A stretch of DNA of 63,948 bases, taken from Chiloscyllium plagiosum (Eukaryota). Below are positions 1-12,299 of this stretch, piece by piece. The first letter of the stretch is position 1, and each line of letters begins with the position of its first letter. Location of the stretch: the NCBI RefSeq assembly GCF_004010195.1, contig NC_057718.1:25299313-25363260 (forward strand), given 5' to 3'. Both the position numbers and the translations under genes were made by a program. Below the pieces are notes generated by a model that worked only from the letters and a program-made list of their open reading frames with translations, was not told the origin of the DNA and made no database searches.

Positions 1-818
1 CCCCTCATCATCCTCCTTCGTCACCTTTTCAAAGAATTCAATAAGGTTTGTGAGGCACGACTTGCCCTTCACAAAACCATGCTGACTATCCTTGATCACA
101 TTATTCCTATCCAGATGTGCATGAATCCTATCCCTTACAATTCTCTCTAAGACTTTGCCCACAACAGAAGTGAGACTCACCGGCCTATAGTTACTAGGGT
201 TATCCCTACTCCCCTTCTTGAACAAGGGAACCACATTTGCTAGCCTCCAATCTTCTGGCACTACTCCTGTAGACAACGAGGACATAAAAATTAAGGCCAA
301 TGGCTCTGCAATCTCCTCCCTTGCTTCCCAGAGAATCCTAGGATAAATGCCATCAGGCCCAGGGGACTTATCTATTTTCACCCTTTCCAGAATTTTCAAC
401 ACCTCTTCCCTACATACCTCAAAGCCATTCCTTCTACTTAATTGTGACTCAGTATTCACATTGACAATAATGTCCTGTTCCTGATTGAATACTGACGAAA
501 AGTATTCATTCAGTGTCTCCCCAATCTCTTCAGCCTCCACACGCAACTTCCCACTACTATCCTTGACTGGACCTATTCCTACCCTAGTCATTCTTTTATT
601 CCTGACATACCTATAGAAAGCCTTAGGGTTTTCCCTAATCCTACCAACTAAGGACCTTTCATGTCCCCTCCTTGCTGCTCTTAGCTCTCTCTTCAGGTCC
701 TTCCTGGCTACCTTATAACTCTCAATCGCCCCAATTGAAACTTCACGCCTCATCTTTACATAGGCCGCCCTCTTCCATTTAACAAGGGATTCCAATTCCT
801 TATTAAACCACGGCTCCT
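1..818 (-). mobile_element. CR1/HER1-like LINE ORF2 fragment
   Basis: Reverse strand reads SQHGFVKGKSCLTNLIEFFEKVTK and further CR1 ORF2 motifs; runs off window start. Confidence 0.9.
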
Positions 819-1659
819 TTCCTTATTAAACCATCAAATAACTAAATAAAACCTTGTTAAACTTGTGTAACAACTACCAGCTGTTAGGTACTGTGATTAG
901 GGGTCCTTCGAGAATTATGACACTGTGTCACTCCTGAGTTCCTCCTGACCAGGAGACCCGTGGGTCCAATAGCAGACTCTGGACAGTTTATTTAATCCTC
1001 CTCATTTTACCCCCATCCCAAGGATATTGGGATCCCACTACATCCAGTTTCAGACTTCCTCCTCAATAGGCAAAGCAGACATGTTTCAGTTTAATCCCAT
1101 TTCTCTTTGTACTATGCTCTTCCTCAACATGGGGCTTTTAATGTTCAGAGCAGAATGTGCCAGAGCTCCTGTCCAGTGGTAAAGGGATGGGTTGGAAATC
1201 TATTTTAACATCTTCTACTGCTATTATGTATGGAGACTGGGAAGATCTATTTAATATTAAGACATCAAAGATGTGGGTATCATTGATGCTTCACATTTAA
1301 AACCACTAAAGAGTAGGAAAAATTGTTTGAAAAGCAGTGAAGTAAGTATATGGAATCTGTAAAGTTGTAGAAATAGTGGCATAGAATATTTAAACTAAGG
1401 AGGGGTGATAACATGTCAAAAGGTAATGACAACACCGTCGTTTGAATATTGGCAATATTTTTCAACTACTGCTTGGATTATTTGAAGATTCCAACTTTTG
1501 GAAATGGCAGACAAATAGAGTCAAACTCAAGAGACAAAAGGGCTGATTCACTTTTCAGACAAGCCTTTGACTACTGTCGAGCAGTTCTGTTTGAGACAGT
1601 TAGAAGGCTGCTTAACAAATGTAGGACATCAAACATCAATTTAGAAACATCTTTGCAAG

Positions 1660-1812
1660 AAAATAAAACAAAGAACTGCAGATGCAAATAAAATAGAAGT
1701 TGTTGGAAAAACTCAGCAGGTTTGGCAACCCCTGTGGAGAGAAAACAGAACTGAAATTTTGAAGAAGGGTCACCAGACCTGAAACATTAGCTCTGTTTTC
1801 TTTCAACATCTT
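1660..1812. mobile_element. Old fold-back Penelope-like terminal fragment
   Basis: ctgcagatgc...ggaaaaactcagcaggtttggc followed by an opposite-strand ttgaagaagggtc...tgaaacattagctctg degenerate hammerhead-bearing arm. Confidence 0.6.
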
Positions 1813-2557
1813 TGCAGTCTTCAAGTTGAGTACAATTAGATATTTAAAATGTATTAAGTGATTATATTTCACGATGCATATGTAGTTGTAACTATCTAAA
1901 CTTTGAAAAGTTTTGTGCCTGAAGAAGTCTTAAGACATATCTAATTGTGAAAAATTAAAATGCTTATCATTGTTTGATACTAAGTGTTGACTATGTGCTC
2001 ATTATGAAGCCACAATGGACAGATTAAGTCCCTATTTCTATTCCATAAAATATACAAAGCAGGTATATTTTTAACAACTAGTTCTGTCCACATGGTTTAA
2101 TCACTATTTTTCAATACTTTAAAAAATACTTTTCTTGTTTCTCCACCAGTTCCCACTCTTCGCCATTTCTTATTGCCCTTATGATTGTTTGTTTGTTTCT
2201 ACTCCAAGATCTCAAATTAAAATCTTGCAATCCTTATAATCCTACCTACTGGCACCTTGTACTGACCTGATTTTTTTCTTGGAGATCTATCTTGACCTAG
2301 GCCAACTCTCTGTAGTTCAGAAAAATATTATGCATTTGGATTGACCATAGGTGATAATTGCTTCAGCATTATTTCTATGTTCACACATGTTGGATGACAT
2401 ACTGGAATATTCTGTATATATCTGATAGACCCCTCTCCATTATGAATTGACTAATAACACCAGGAGACATTCACTAAAAATAAGCCAATCCACTGTTATT
2501 AATACAAACTATAGCAAGTTCATGTAAATTAATGCATGTGTTTGCTTGATTATGCAG

Positions 2558-2706
2558 GTTCCAACATAGTAGAACTTGTACCTCTCATGTCTGCTGTGCA
2601 AGACAGCATGCTAGTTCCCCTATCTCATGAAAAATCCATCAATGTTCTAGTCTATAGCAAAATGAACACCAAGTTGGCCTCCATTTGCAGTAAATCTGTA
2701 CTTAAG
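2558..2706 (+). CDS. WDR64: WD repeat-containing protein 64, internal exon (1st seen in window)
   Basis: tgcag|GTTCC...CTTAAG|gtaagt; encodes (G)SNIVELVPLMSAVQDSMLVPLSHEKSINVLVYSKMNTKLASICSKSVLK, resembling the recalled mammalian WDR64 segment ...[23 protein letters not shown]; phase 1 to 0. Confidence 0.88.
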
Positions 2707-3039
2707 GTAAGTGTGTATCATGTTACATTTGCATGGAGTGCCACTATTGATGTGCCTCTGCATAATGTCAGCATTGCTGTGTGTTAGTTAGTTCTTTCTT
2801 CCTCTTCCTGTCACTGTGAAGAACTCCTGTATCTGCTTCAATGACATCTTGCAGACCTGTATGACATGAATAAGGTGAATAGATTCAGTTTCTTTCAAAA
2901 GTACTTTAAAAAACTATTTTGCTTCTTTTGTCATCTGGCAGGCATTTAAGTCCATAGCAGCAGGTCAATTTCTAACCCAAGTGTTAAGGTTCTAAGGACT
3001 GGTGCCCGTAATACTCAGAGTATCCTAACTATTTAGTCA

Positions 3040-3290
3040 AATAAAAATAAAATACTGCAGATGCTGGAAATCTAAAACAAACACTGGGAATCCTGGAGAA
3101 ACTCAGCAGGTCAGGCAGCATCTATGGAGGGAGAAGCAGAGTTGATGTTTTGAATTTGATGTGATGCTGCTTCAGAAGTTAAGAAGACTGCTTAAGAAGA
3201 ACCATACTCGTCTCAAAGTGTTAATTCTTTCTCTCTTACCACAGATTCTGCCAGATCGGCTCTGTTTCTCCATGTTTGTTTCTTATCTAT
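3040..3290. mobile_element. Old fold-back Penelope-like terminal fragment
   Basis: ctgcagatgctggaaatc...ctcagcaggtcaggcagcatc arm and diverged inverted arm ...cacagattctgccagatc. Confidence 0.6.
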
Positions 3291-3689
3291 TTTGTTTGTC
3301 CATACCTCGGAGGCTTCTGCAGGATCAGACCACTTCCAGTTGAGAAAGCACAATCCACATCTCATCATATTTTGACTTGGAATTTTTCCCTGAATAAACT
3401 ATATAGTTCCTTGTTTGCCTTATTGAAATTTACACCTTCGAGATTTGCAGTGCTGTTATAGTGCATTTATTCTGCACCCTCCTTTTTCTTTTGGCTTCTT
3501 GCATGATACTCAGGATTGCCACAATACTGATTGATCCCGCTTCTGCATCATCTCCTGCCAGTTACTCATTTCTCTTCCAATCCTGCTCCCTTCAATCTTC
3601 TTGCTATCACATCTTTCTAATTGATCATAAGACTTCCTTTTCTTCTTGGTAACCCAATATTCACTACTTCCCTCACCATGTGTCCCCTC

Positions 3690-5010
3690 TGCATTAAGGA
3701 CATCTCCTTGGGCTGGAAGGGAAAGTGCAGTGAAAAAGCAAGGATCTAGTTATCATGGTCAATGTGGATGCTAATTATAAAGCTAATAAAGACGTTATGC
3801 AGAAGTAATATACATAGTGGCTAAATTAAAAAAAGAAACTGTAGGACGTGTTGTCTTTGGCAGAACCACAAGGAAATTAGCACAGGGTGAATACAGGTAC
3901 ACAATCTTTTATCCGAGATGCTTGGGTCCAGCTGGTTTTCAGAATTCAGAATTTTTCGAATTTCAGAATAAATGACAGCTTGATGGTGAAATTTTTAAAA
4001 ATCTTACCAAACAGCAGACGCACTGAGTAAAATGGGCCCTGAAACAGAATTGGGGCCTGCCAGTGCTGGGCCACGCCCCCACATGTCGTATCTGAGTAAC
4101 ACGCATCAAGTGGGTGTTGAGTTGGGTTAACTTACACGCCAAACAACCTTGTTAATGAGAAAAAAACTCATTGCAAAAACCTTCGGATTTCAGAGCTTTT
4201 CGGATTTCAGGTTTTCCGATAAAGGGTTGTCTGCCTGTACAGACAAAGAGTTGAATGCATGGGTCAAAATTTGATACGAAATAAATGGGTTTTGTTTCAT
4301 TGAATATTGGCTCCTGCATTGGGAAAGAGGAAGTTGTACCAGTGGGATAGCCTTCACTTGAGTCATGCTCAGACCAGTGTTCTGATGAATTATAAAAATA
4401 GGAGTGCAAAGAGTGGCTTAAATTAAATATTGGGTGTGCGGAGAGTTTGCAACAGGAAAAGAAGGTTGGGTAGCTCTGCCAAACAAAAATGAGAACTGTC
4501 CAATAATGAGAAATTCTATCTTAGTTCAAAGGATTTTAGGGCAGATAAATATAAAGGAAATAAGTCTCTTTGGGGAATAGTTTATAATCCCCTTGACAGT
4601 AGCTATAGAGTGACAGCAGAAGAAATGGTCGCATTGGTTAAATCTAAACTTCACAGATTCTGGAAGAGTATCAGTGGATTGAAAAATCACAAAGTTAATA
4701 TCTCTTTTTAGAAAAGCGAGATACAGAAAGCTGGAAACTGCCGACCAGGCAGGTTAACACCGGGTAGAATTAAAGAAGTGATAGCAGAATAGTTAGACAA
4801 TCAGGCAGAGTTAATAAGGTTTTGTGAAAGGGAAATCATTGCTTGACAAATGTATTAGAATTATTTAACAAGGATAAAGGGACGCTAAGAGGATTGGCAT
4901 ATTTGGATTTTTGAAAAGTATTCAACATGCTTCTGCTTAAATGGTTATGAAATAAAATAAAAGCTCATGGTGTTTGGTGTGTGGTATAATAGCATGTATT
5001 ATAGTAGTGG
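3690..5010 (+). mobile_element. Highly decayed CR1-like LINE fragments (interrupted by MITE)
   Basis: Remnants such as ggttttgtgaaagggaaatc...ttgacaaat (GFVKGKS.LTN). Confidence 0.6.
3894..4237. mobile_element. Tc1/mariner (Tigger-like) MITE
   Basis: TA|caggtacacaatcttttatccg ... ccgataaagggttgtctgcctg|TA: imperfect ~23 bp TIRs with TA TSD. Confidence 0.8.
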
Positions 5011-5514
5011 ATGGACGAATGCTGCCACCATTCCTCTTTTTGTGATAGTGTTTGAAGGTTTACTGTGGTACAGGGACAACCACTTCTAAAGGGCAGATTT
5101 TCTACTGGCAGTACAGTAATTATGCGGACATATATCAGTGTTGAACGTGGGGACACTGCAGAATCTCCATTGTAGCTCTTCCTGAAGGAATTGCCCATGA
5201 AATTGAATTTTCCACTGGGCAATTGTTCTACATCTGGAATGCTATGAAAGTCTACACAAAATAGAGAAATTGGATGGTTCTGAATCTTATCTATGTTCCT
5301 CATGATTTTATAAAATTCTATATCATTAAGTCTCAGCCTCCTATGCTCCAGGGAAAAAAAATCCCAGCCTAACCAGCCTCTCCTTATAACTCAAATGCTC
5401 CAGTCCTGGCAACATTCTTGCAAATATTTTCTAAGCCTTCTCTTATTTAAACAACAGCCTTCATATAAAAATGGTCTCACCAACATCCTGTACAGCCACA
5501 ACATAGCCTCCCAA

Positions 5515-5748
5515 CTCTTATACTTAATGGAGAAAGTGAGGACTGCAGATGCTGGAGATCAGAGCTGAAAATGTGTTGCTGGAAAAGCGCAGCAGGTCAG
5601 GCAGCATCCAAGGAACAGGAGAATCGACGTTTCGGGCATAAGCCCTGAAGAAGGGCGTATGCCCGAAACGTCGATTCTCCTGTTCCTTGGATGCTGCCTG
5701 ACCTGCTGCGCTTTTCCAGCAACACATTTTCAGCTCTTATACTTAATG
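5515..5748. mobile_element. Fold-back Penelope-like mini-insertion with 15 bp TSD
   Basis: Near-perfect inverted arms; TSD ctcttatacttaatg at 5515-5529 and 5734-5748. Confidence 0.85.
5645..5672 (+). ncRNA. Minimal hammerhead ribozyme core
   Basis: CTGAAGA-A-GGGC-GTAT-GCCC-GAAAC-GTC; stem I partner lost at the fold-back junction. Confidence 0.65.
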
Positions 5749-6574
5749 CTCTCACCAATGAAGGCAAACGTGCCAAATTCCTTTTTCACCACCCTGTCTA
5801 CCTGCCACTTCCAAAGAACTATGATTTTGCAACCGAGGTCACTCTATTCAAAACACTCTAGGGCCCAACCAGTAAACTGTATAGGTCCTTTCCTGGTTTG
5901 CCTTACAAAAATGCAACACCTTGCATTTATCTAAATTAAACTCCATCAGCCTGTTCTCAGTACATTAGACCAACTGATCAAGATCTGTTTATAATCTTAG
6001 ATAACCTTCTTCACTACGCACTGTACCACCAATTTTGGTGTAATCTGCAAAGTTACTAACCATACTTCCTGATTTTACTAACTAGTCTACCATGTGGGAC
6101 CTTATGGAAAGCCTTGCTGAAGTCCACGTAGACAATGTCTACCGCTTTGACTTCATCTATCTTCTTAGTAACTTCTTCAAAAAACTCAGTCAGATTTGCA
6201 AGACAAGACTTCCCACACGCAAAACCATGCTCTACCATGTTGTGATTTTAAGCTGAATAGAGAGTTTATAATTGAGGCTGTTAATGAGCTCTTCTAATTT
6301 AGCCTCTGTGTGAATCCAAATATCAGATATGTCAATTCAAATGTAGAAATTATTATTACTACATGACTGTATCACTGACTAACTGAGTTGGTGTGAATCA
6401 AAAAGTAGTCCCTGGAAAACCAAAATGTAGCCCCTGAGCATTGTAAAGTCACCCTCAAGAAAATCTCGAGAAAAGCCCTCAAAAAAAATATTTTCACACA
6501 GGGCCAACTTCAAAGAAATGGAGCTGGTTACATAATGCAGAATCACACATTGTGCCAGTGCTGCCCACTGTGGC

Positions 6575-6828
6575 CACTATTCATAATATGAGGAGAAAGT
6601 GAGGTCTGCAGATGCTGGAGATCAGAGATGGAAATGTGTTGCTGGAAAAGCGCAGCAGGTCAGGCAGCATCTAGGGAACAGGAGAATCGACGTTTCGGGC
6701 ATTAGCCCTTCTTCAGGAAGGGCTGAAGAAGGGCTAATGCCCGAAACGTCGATTCTCCTGTTCCCTAGATGCTGCCTGACCTGCTGCGCTTTTCCAGCAA
6801 CACATTTCCATCACTATTCATAATATGA
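6575..6828. mobile_element. Fold-back Penelope-like mini-insertion with 17 bp TSD
   Basis: TSD cactattcataatatga at 6575-6591 and 6812-6828; perfect inverted arms. Confidence 0.88.
6689..6750. ncRNA. Two back-to-back minimal hammerhead cores (6689-6716 minus, 6723-6750 plus)
   Basis: Both strands read CTGAAGA-A-GGGC-TAAT-GCCC-GAAAC-GTC. Confidence 0.7.
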
Positions 6829-7069
6829 ATGACTAGGTTGCATGCAATTGTTTGACAAAACTGTGATTGTAAAATATATCATGCTGAAACCTAGCTTTTG
6901 ATGGATTTTGTAAATAGAGGCATAAGGTACAAAAGTGAAGAGATTTTGTTGAACCCAAATAAAACCGTTCGATCTCACTGTGATGAGTCGAGAGTGGGTT
7001 GTTAGAAAAGCACAGTAGGTCTGGCAGCATCCGAGGAGCAGGAGATTTGATGTTTCGGGCAAAATCCGG

Positions 7070-7540
7070 GGTGCCAGAGAGATCTGAAGACTTTGTAGAG
7101 GATTCAGTAGAGACTCCATACATTTACTAGAATAGCTCCAGAGAAGAGAGAACACAGAGAAGCTGAAGTTACTCTCCTAAGAGCTAAGAAGTTTGAAGGG
7201 AATTGATGGAGATACGTAAAATGTTGAAGGATTTAAATAGAATAAACAGAAACCGTTTCCAGTGAATGAAAGATGAATAATCACATGGCCCAGTTTTAAG
7301 TTACTTTAAAGTCAATTTAAATTAACTGGCAGAAACGTAGAGGTGACAGGAGGATAAACGGTTACACAAAAAGTGGTTAGGAATTGGAATGTGCTCCATC
7401 CCTGATATTGAGGTAGATACAGATTCAGATTAGTATTCACAGGATTGTTGTCGCACACAGGATAAGAACTGGGACTGGGCAAAGTTGGAGCCAAGATGGA
7501 AAATACCATTTCATGTGTTGCTGACCACTCCCATGGCTGT
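7070..7540 (+). mobile_element. Decayed CR1-like LINE 3' fragment
   Basis: Matches the CR1 3' region of the 28760-29220 copy (e.g. gtggttaggaattggaatg). Confidence 0.55.
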
Positions 7541-8069
7541 GAAAGTACAAGGACAACTCCACTGGATCCATAGAATGAACTGTAAACGGGTCAGTGAAGG
7601 AACAGACAAGGATTAAGGAAGAGGAATGCAATGGATACTGGTGACTTTGGGGGGGGGGTTTCACTTTGAGAGTGGAAGGATTTCAGACCAATATCTTTTT
7701 GTCCCTGTAAAGGTAACTAAAATGATCTATACAGCATAACACCTTTTTGTATTGGGCTTATCAGAGCGCCCAAATGATGGCGGAAAGAAACTGATTGAGT
7801 ATGGTATGGGCTCATATGCTGCCCTCTTCACAGGGGGTATTCCTTTATGGCCTGTCTCCTTTAGCTGGCCTGAGGTGGCTGAATGGCTAATACGCTGTAA
7901 CTCTGTAACTGATCCTGATAAATCTAAGGACCTGCAGGAATGGCAGTTGGCAGGATATGATATGGCCCTAATCAGGGATTGATACCAACAACCCATTGTG
8001 ACTACACTGGTTGTTCAAATGGGCATCATTACTTAATGCTAATCTCCTGCTTTGTCTCCTTTGCACACT

Positions 8070-9140
8070 ATTTCTTCAGAAATAATTAACCTTTGCCCTC
8101 TTGGATGCATCAATTAAACCTGCTTCCACCACATTTCCAGGCAGTGCATTTCATATCTGAACTACTCACTGTGTGATGAAGCTTTTTCTTACATCGTCCT
8201 TGCTTCTTTTGCACTTAACTTTAAATCTACGCCCTCTCTTGTTTCTTTTACGCACCTGTGGAATAGCTTCTCCTTATCTACTCCATCCAGCCCTCTCATG
8301 GTTATGGAAACTGCTTTCAAATATCCTCTCAGTCTTCCTCTCTCCAAGAAGAACAGTACCAACTTCTTCAGACTATCCTCAGAAGTGAATTTTCTCATTC
8401 CGGGGAACCACTCTCATAAATCAATTCTGCATTCACATCTTTTCTATCACGTGGTACTCCCAGCTGTCCATGATACTCCAGCTGAGCTCCAATAAGAGTT
8501 TAGTACAAGTTCAGCATTACCCTCCTTGTTCTTGTACTCCATGTGCCTGTTAATAAAGCTGAGAACACTGTGTGCTTTATTAACTATCTTCTCTGCGTGT
8601 CCTGCCACCTTCAATGATCTGTGCACATATACACCTATGTCCTTCTGCTCTTGCACCCTTTTAGAATTGTACCCTCTATTTTATATTGTCTTTCAGTGGT
8701 CTTCTTACAAAGTACATCACCTTACACTTCTCTGCATTGAACCTCATCTGCCATTTATCTGTCCACTCTGAAGAATCCTTTTTAGAGTTCCACATTGTCC
8801 CCTGCACAGTGTAGAGTTAAAGCAATTTTCATATCATCCACAAACTTTGTAACTGTCCCCTGTACACCAAGATATTGATATGTATCAGTAAAGCAAGGAT
8901 CCTGATACAGACACCTTGGGAATCCCACTTCAAACCTACCTCAAATCCAAAAAAAAATGTTATTACTCTGTTTCCCAACACTCAGCCAATTTTATATCCA
9001 TGTTGCTTCTATACCTTTTACACTGTGACATGCAACTTTCTCCTCAACTCTATTGTCGGGCATTGAATCAAATGCCTTCTGGTAATCCACAAATCCTCTA
9101 TCGACAGCGTTGCCTTCATTGTGCCTTTCTCAAAAACAGG
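8070..9140 (-). mobile_element. CR1-like LINE 3' fragment
   Basis: Reverse ORFs EQKDIGVYVHRSLKVAGHAEKIVNKAHSVLSFINR and MRGLDGVDKEKLF. Confidence 0.8.
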
Positions 9141-9956
9141 TTGCACAAATGTAAGGAGGAAAAAATGGAATGAATGGGTGGGGAAGGGAACTCACTGAGT
9201 TTCTCTTTGAAATAACTATTCTGTCCTACTGAACTAAAAAAATTGCATCGTGAAGGCACTGAACAGTGAGCTGTCGAGGATGAAAAGGGAAAGGATAAGT
9301 GAAGCCCAGAGAAGTTAAGCAGCAGGGCACTTGATTTTTCTTCCTTGATTCAAGCGCCACAGATAAGTTAACTGAGTGAGCAAAAATTTGGCATGTGGAA
9401 TATCGTATGAGGAACTGCATGATTGCCCACTTTCAGAGGAGAAACAGAAGAACCGAATATTACTTAAATGGAGACAGGCTGCAGTATTGATGAATTTAGT
9501 TGCCCAAGTATATGAATCACAAAGACTTACCATGCACATGTAGCAAATTGTTAGGGAGATGAATGGAACATTGGCCTTTATTGCAAGAGGGAGCAGAGTT
9601 TAAAATTAGGAATGTTTTGTTAAACCTGTACAGGACATTGGGAGACTATACTTGTAGTACAGTGTATAGTATAGTTTGGATCTCCTTCTTTAAGCTGGGG
9701 GGGTGTGGTCTGCTTGCTTTGGAAACAGTTAGAAGAATGTTCACTCGGCTGGTTCGGGGGACGAAGGAATAATCTTACGTAGAAAGGTTTAGTATGTTGA
9801 CCCTGTACTCATTAGAGTTTAAAAACCGAGAACAGTCTGATGGAGCTTGGCAGGTTAGATGTTGAAGGATGCTTTACCTCATCGGGTACTCTAGACTAAG
9901 CAACATCATTTAGAAGAGAAGTGTCACCCATTTAAGACTGAAATGAGATGGACAGA

Positions 9957-10208
9957 TTTTGATCTGAAACCAAAAGAGAAAATGCTGGAAAATTTCAGCA
10001 GGTCTGGCAGCATCTGTAAGGAGAGAAAAAAGAGCTGACGTTTCGAGTCTAACTGACCCTTTGTCAAAGCTTTGACAAAGGCTCAGTTAGATTCGAAACG
10101 TCAGCTCTTTTTTCTCTCCTTACAGATGCTGCCAGACCTGCTGAAATTTTCCAGCATTTTCTCTTTTGGTTTCAGATTCCAGCATCCGCAGTAATTTGCT
10201 TTTGATCT
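9957..10208. mobile_element. Fold-back Penelope-like mini-insertion (second family), spacer-less palindrome
   Basis: 108 bp arms 9962-10069 / 10070-10177 with 2 mismatches, centre aagctt; extra tail to 10199; TSD ttttgatct at 9957-9965 and 10200-10208. Confidence 0.85.
10034..10105. ncRNA. Two hammerhead-like motifs with U3-A8 core (10034-10070 minus, 10069-10105 plus)
   Basis: Minus copy: GCT-TTGACAA-A-GGGTC-AGTTA-GACTC-GAAAC-GTC-AGC; stem I GCT/AGC, stem II GGGTC/GACTC. Confidence 0.65.
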
Positions 10209-10503
10209 ACAATGTTGTCAAGAGCTACAGGGAGAATAACAGTTAGGGCCACAAACAGATCAGCTATGAGTTTATTAAATGGCAAAAGAGACTGGAAGGT
10301 ATGAATGCCCTACATCTATTCTTATTTCTTGTGATCTTTTGATTTGGCATTCCATAACAGATGACAATGCCATTTCAGTCTCCTCTCAGCTATTATATTC
10401 GATTGTCCCACAATCACTTATTGTAAGGGGAACGCCTCTGTATTACTTGTCACAATGTAGAATGATGTGAGTCAATGTGGTTGATAATCTTTGTGTATTA
10501 AGC

Positions 10504-10693
10504 AGCTTGAAGGAGGAAGCCAGATTAGGAGTATCAGAAGCAAAGCTAGAAATTGCTGGAAAAGCTCAGCAGGTCTGGCAACATATGTGGAGAGAAATAA
10601 TTTCGGCTCAAGTGACTCTTCTTCAGAATGGCTTTTCCAGCAATTTCTGTTTTTGCTACTGATATTCCTAATCTGGCTATCTCCTTCAGGCTG
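10504..10693. mobile_element. Older fold-back Penelope-like fragment
   Basis: gaaggaggaagccagattaggagtatcag...gctggaaaagc vs gcttttccagc...ctgatattcctaatctggctatctccttc; decayed hammerhead on minus (ctgaagaagagtcacttgagccgaaa). Confidence 0.65.
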
Positions 10694-10749
10694 ATACTCC
10701 TGACAAAAATCAAAAGAACTACAGATGTTGGATATCACTAGCAAAACTT

Positions 10750-11690
10750 TGTAGATTAAGTCTTTCATTTTTTAGAATGGGTTTGCTAGTTTTGGTTCAT
10801 TATTATGCAAATCCTAGAACTCCTTTGAAGTCACATTCTCAAGATAACTTCAGGTTTTCTAACAAAATGTGTCATCTCAGCTCAGATAATGCATTAAAGA
10901 TGAGGTTAAAGTCTGTCTGTGTGTCCCAATCTTGAGTCAGACTGGTTCTATTTCTAAAGTGGGACTTAGGGAATCTTACATGGGTTGACTGTAGGTTATG
11001 CATATTTTTGAGCAAAATAAAATATAATTCTGCAAATACAGATTCACCCCATAAACTTATCTGTGTGTGCGTGCAGGAGAGACGGAGTGAGTGTATGTAT
11101 GTGTGGGTGTGAGGGCATGTGAGAAAGTTTATAAGCTTGATGAGGTATAAGACTGTGAGAGGGTGTGAGTGTGTGTGTGGGGGGGGGGGGGGTGTATTGA
11201 ATGCATTTGAGAGAGAAAGTGTGTGTGTGTGTGTGTGTGGTGTAATGGGGCCACCTGTCGTGTGATATGAATTCAGGCTCCCAGTTGAGGGAATCCCCAT
11301 GGGTACCGAACTTCGCTGTCAGCCTCTGCTCGGCCACTTTGTGTTATTGCGTATCCCAAAGTCTGCCTTGGAGGCTGGTCACCTGAATGTCCTGAACCGC
11401 TGAAGTGTTCCCCGACTGGAAGGGAACACCCTTGCCTGGTGATTGTTCTGTGGTGTCTATTCATCTATTGTCGTAGCATCTGCTTGGTCTTGCCAATGTA
11501 CCAAGCCTCAGGGCAACCTGGAGACAGACAACGTTGGCCAGATCACATGAATACCTACCGCACACATGGTGGGAGGCATCCCCATGTGTAATGGTGGTAT
11601 CCATGTCGACACTCTGACACATCTTGCAACGGCTGCCATAACACGGTTGTACGGTGTTGTGGTCGATGTTGTCCTGAAGGCTGGGCAGTA
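10750..11690 (-). mobile_element. Penelope-like element 3' part (endonuclease C-terminus plus CA-rich UTR)
   Basis: Reverse strand SLPVGEHFSGSGHS and AEQRLTAKFGTH..LN, typical of PLE GIY-YIG C-termini; same family as 43970-44822. Confidence 0.75.
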
Positions 11691-11832
11691 ACTTAGACAG
11701 AGAGAGCTATCTCAAGGGGCCAAATGGTCTAATTCTGCTCCAAATCTATATACTCATTACAGGATTATTTGAGTTTGCATTTGGCCTTGAGATAAGTAGC
11801 AATAAGTAAGCGCTTTGGGTGTTTTTTTTCAG

Positions 11833-11956
11833 GTATGGGAAGTGCAAACTGGAGAGAAACTCTATCAAATTGAGCATCCCCATGGACATGGTATAGAAGT
11901 GACAGCTGGAGCAGTGGATCAGAGAGGAATGCATCTCATTACTGGAGCAGCTGATG
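11833..11956 (+). CDS. WDR64: WDR64 exon (2nd)
   Basis: tttttttcag|GTATGG...GATG|gtgagg; VWEVQTGEKLYQIEHPHGHGIEVTAGAVDQRGMHLITGAAD(G), a WD40 repeat like WDR64 VWELETGLQVYQILEPHG...TGAYNG; phase 0 to 1. Confidence 0.92.
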
Positions 11957-12299
11957 GTGAGGCTTTTTAAAGCTATTTTTGATTTAGGGTATTTTTTCAT
12001 TTACTGTGAAAGAAAACCTGAACCATAACCCCTTAACTTTTCCCATCATCTCTATTGCTGACCTTTCTGCCTTATACATCTTTTTTTATTTATTCACAGG
12101 ACATGAGCTTCACTGGTTAGGCCAGCATTTATTATTTGTTAGGGGCTAATCTTGCAAACGTTTTCCGATTCCAGTTAGCTCACCTGCCAAGACTCCTTCA
12201 GGTTCATCAGATCACCCTTTCCTGATTTTCCTCATTGAATCCACATTCACTCATGAGGAGGTGTTTGCCATCTCCTGGGAATGACTATGATTTATACTC

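Larger units (their letters stand above)
5310..6238 (-). mobile_element. CR1/HER1-like LINE fragment
   Basis: ORF 6056-6238 HGFACGKSCLANLTEFFEEVTK...VDFSKAFHKVPHGRL; interrupted by the 5515-5748 insertion. Confidence 0.88.
9380..10335 (+). mobile_element. Decayed CR1-like LINE 3' fragment
   Basis: NVLLNLYRTL...ALETVRRMFTRL motif and CR1-type tail; interrupted by 9957-10208. Confidence 0.7.

Noticed and set aside
5530..5733. miRNA precursor, terminator or DNA-transposon MITE interpretation of the hairpins
   Set aside because: Arms are asymmetric, TSD lengths vary, and the same terminus is attached to a PLE endonuclease remnant at 39713-40099
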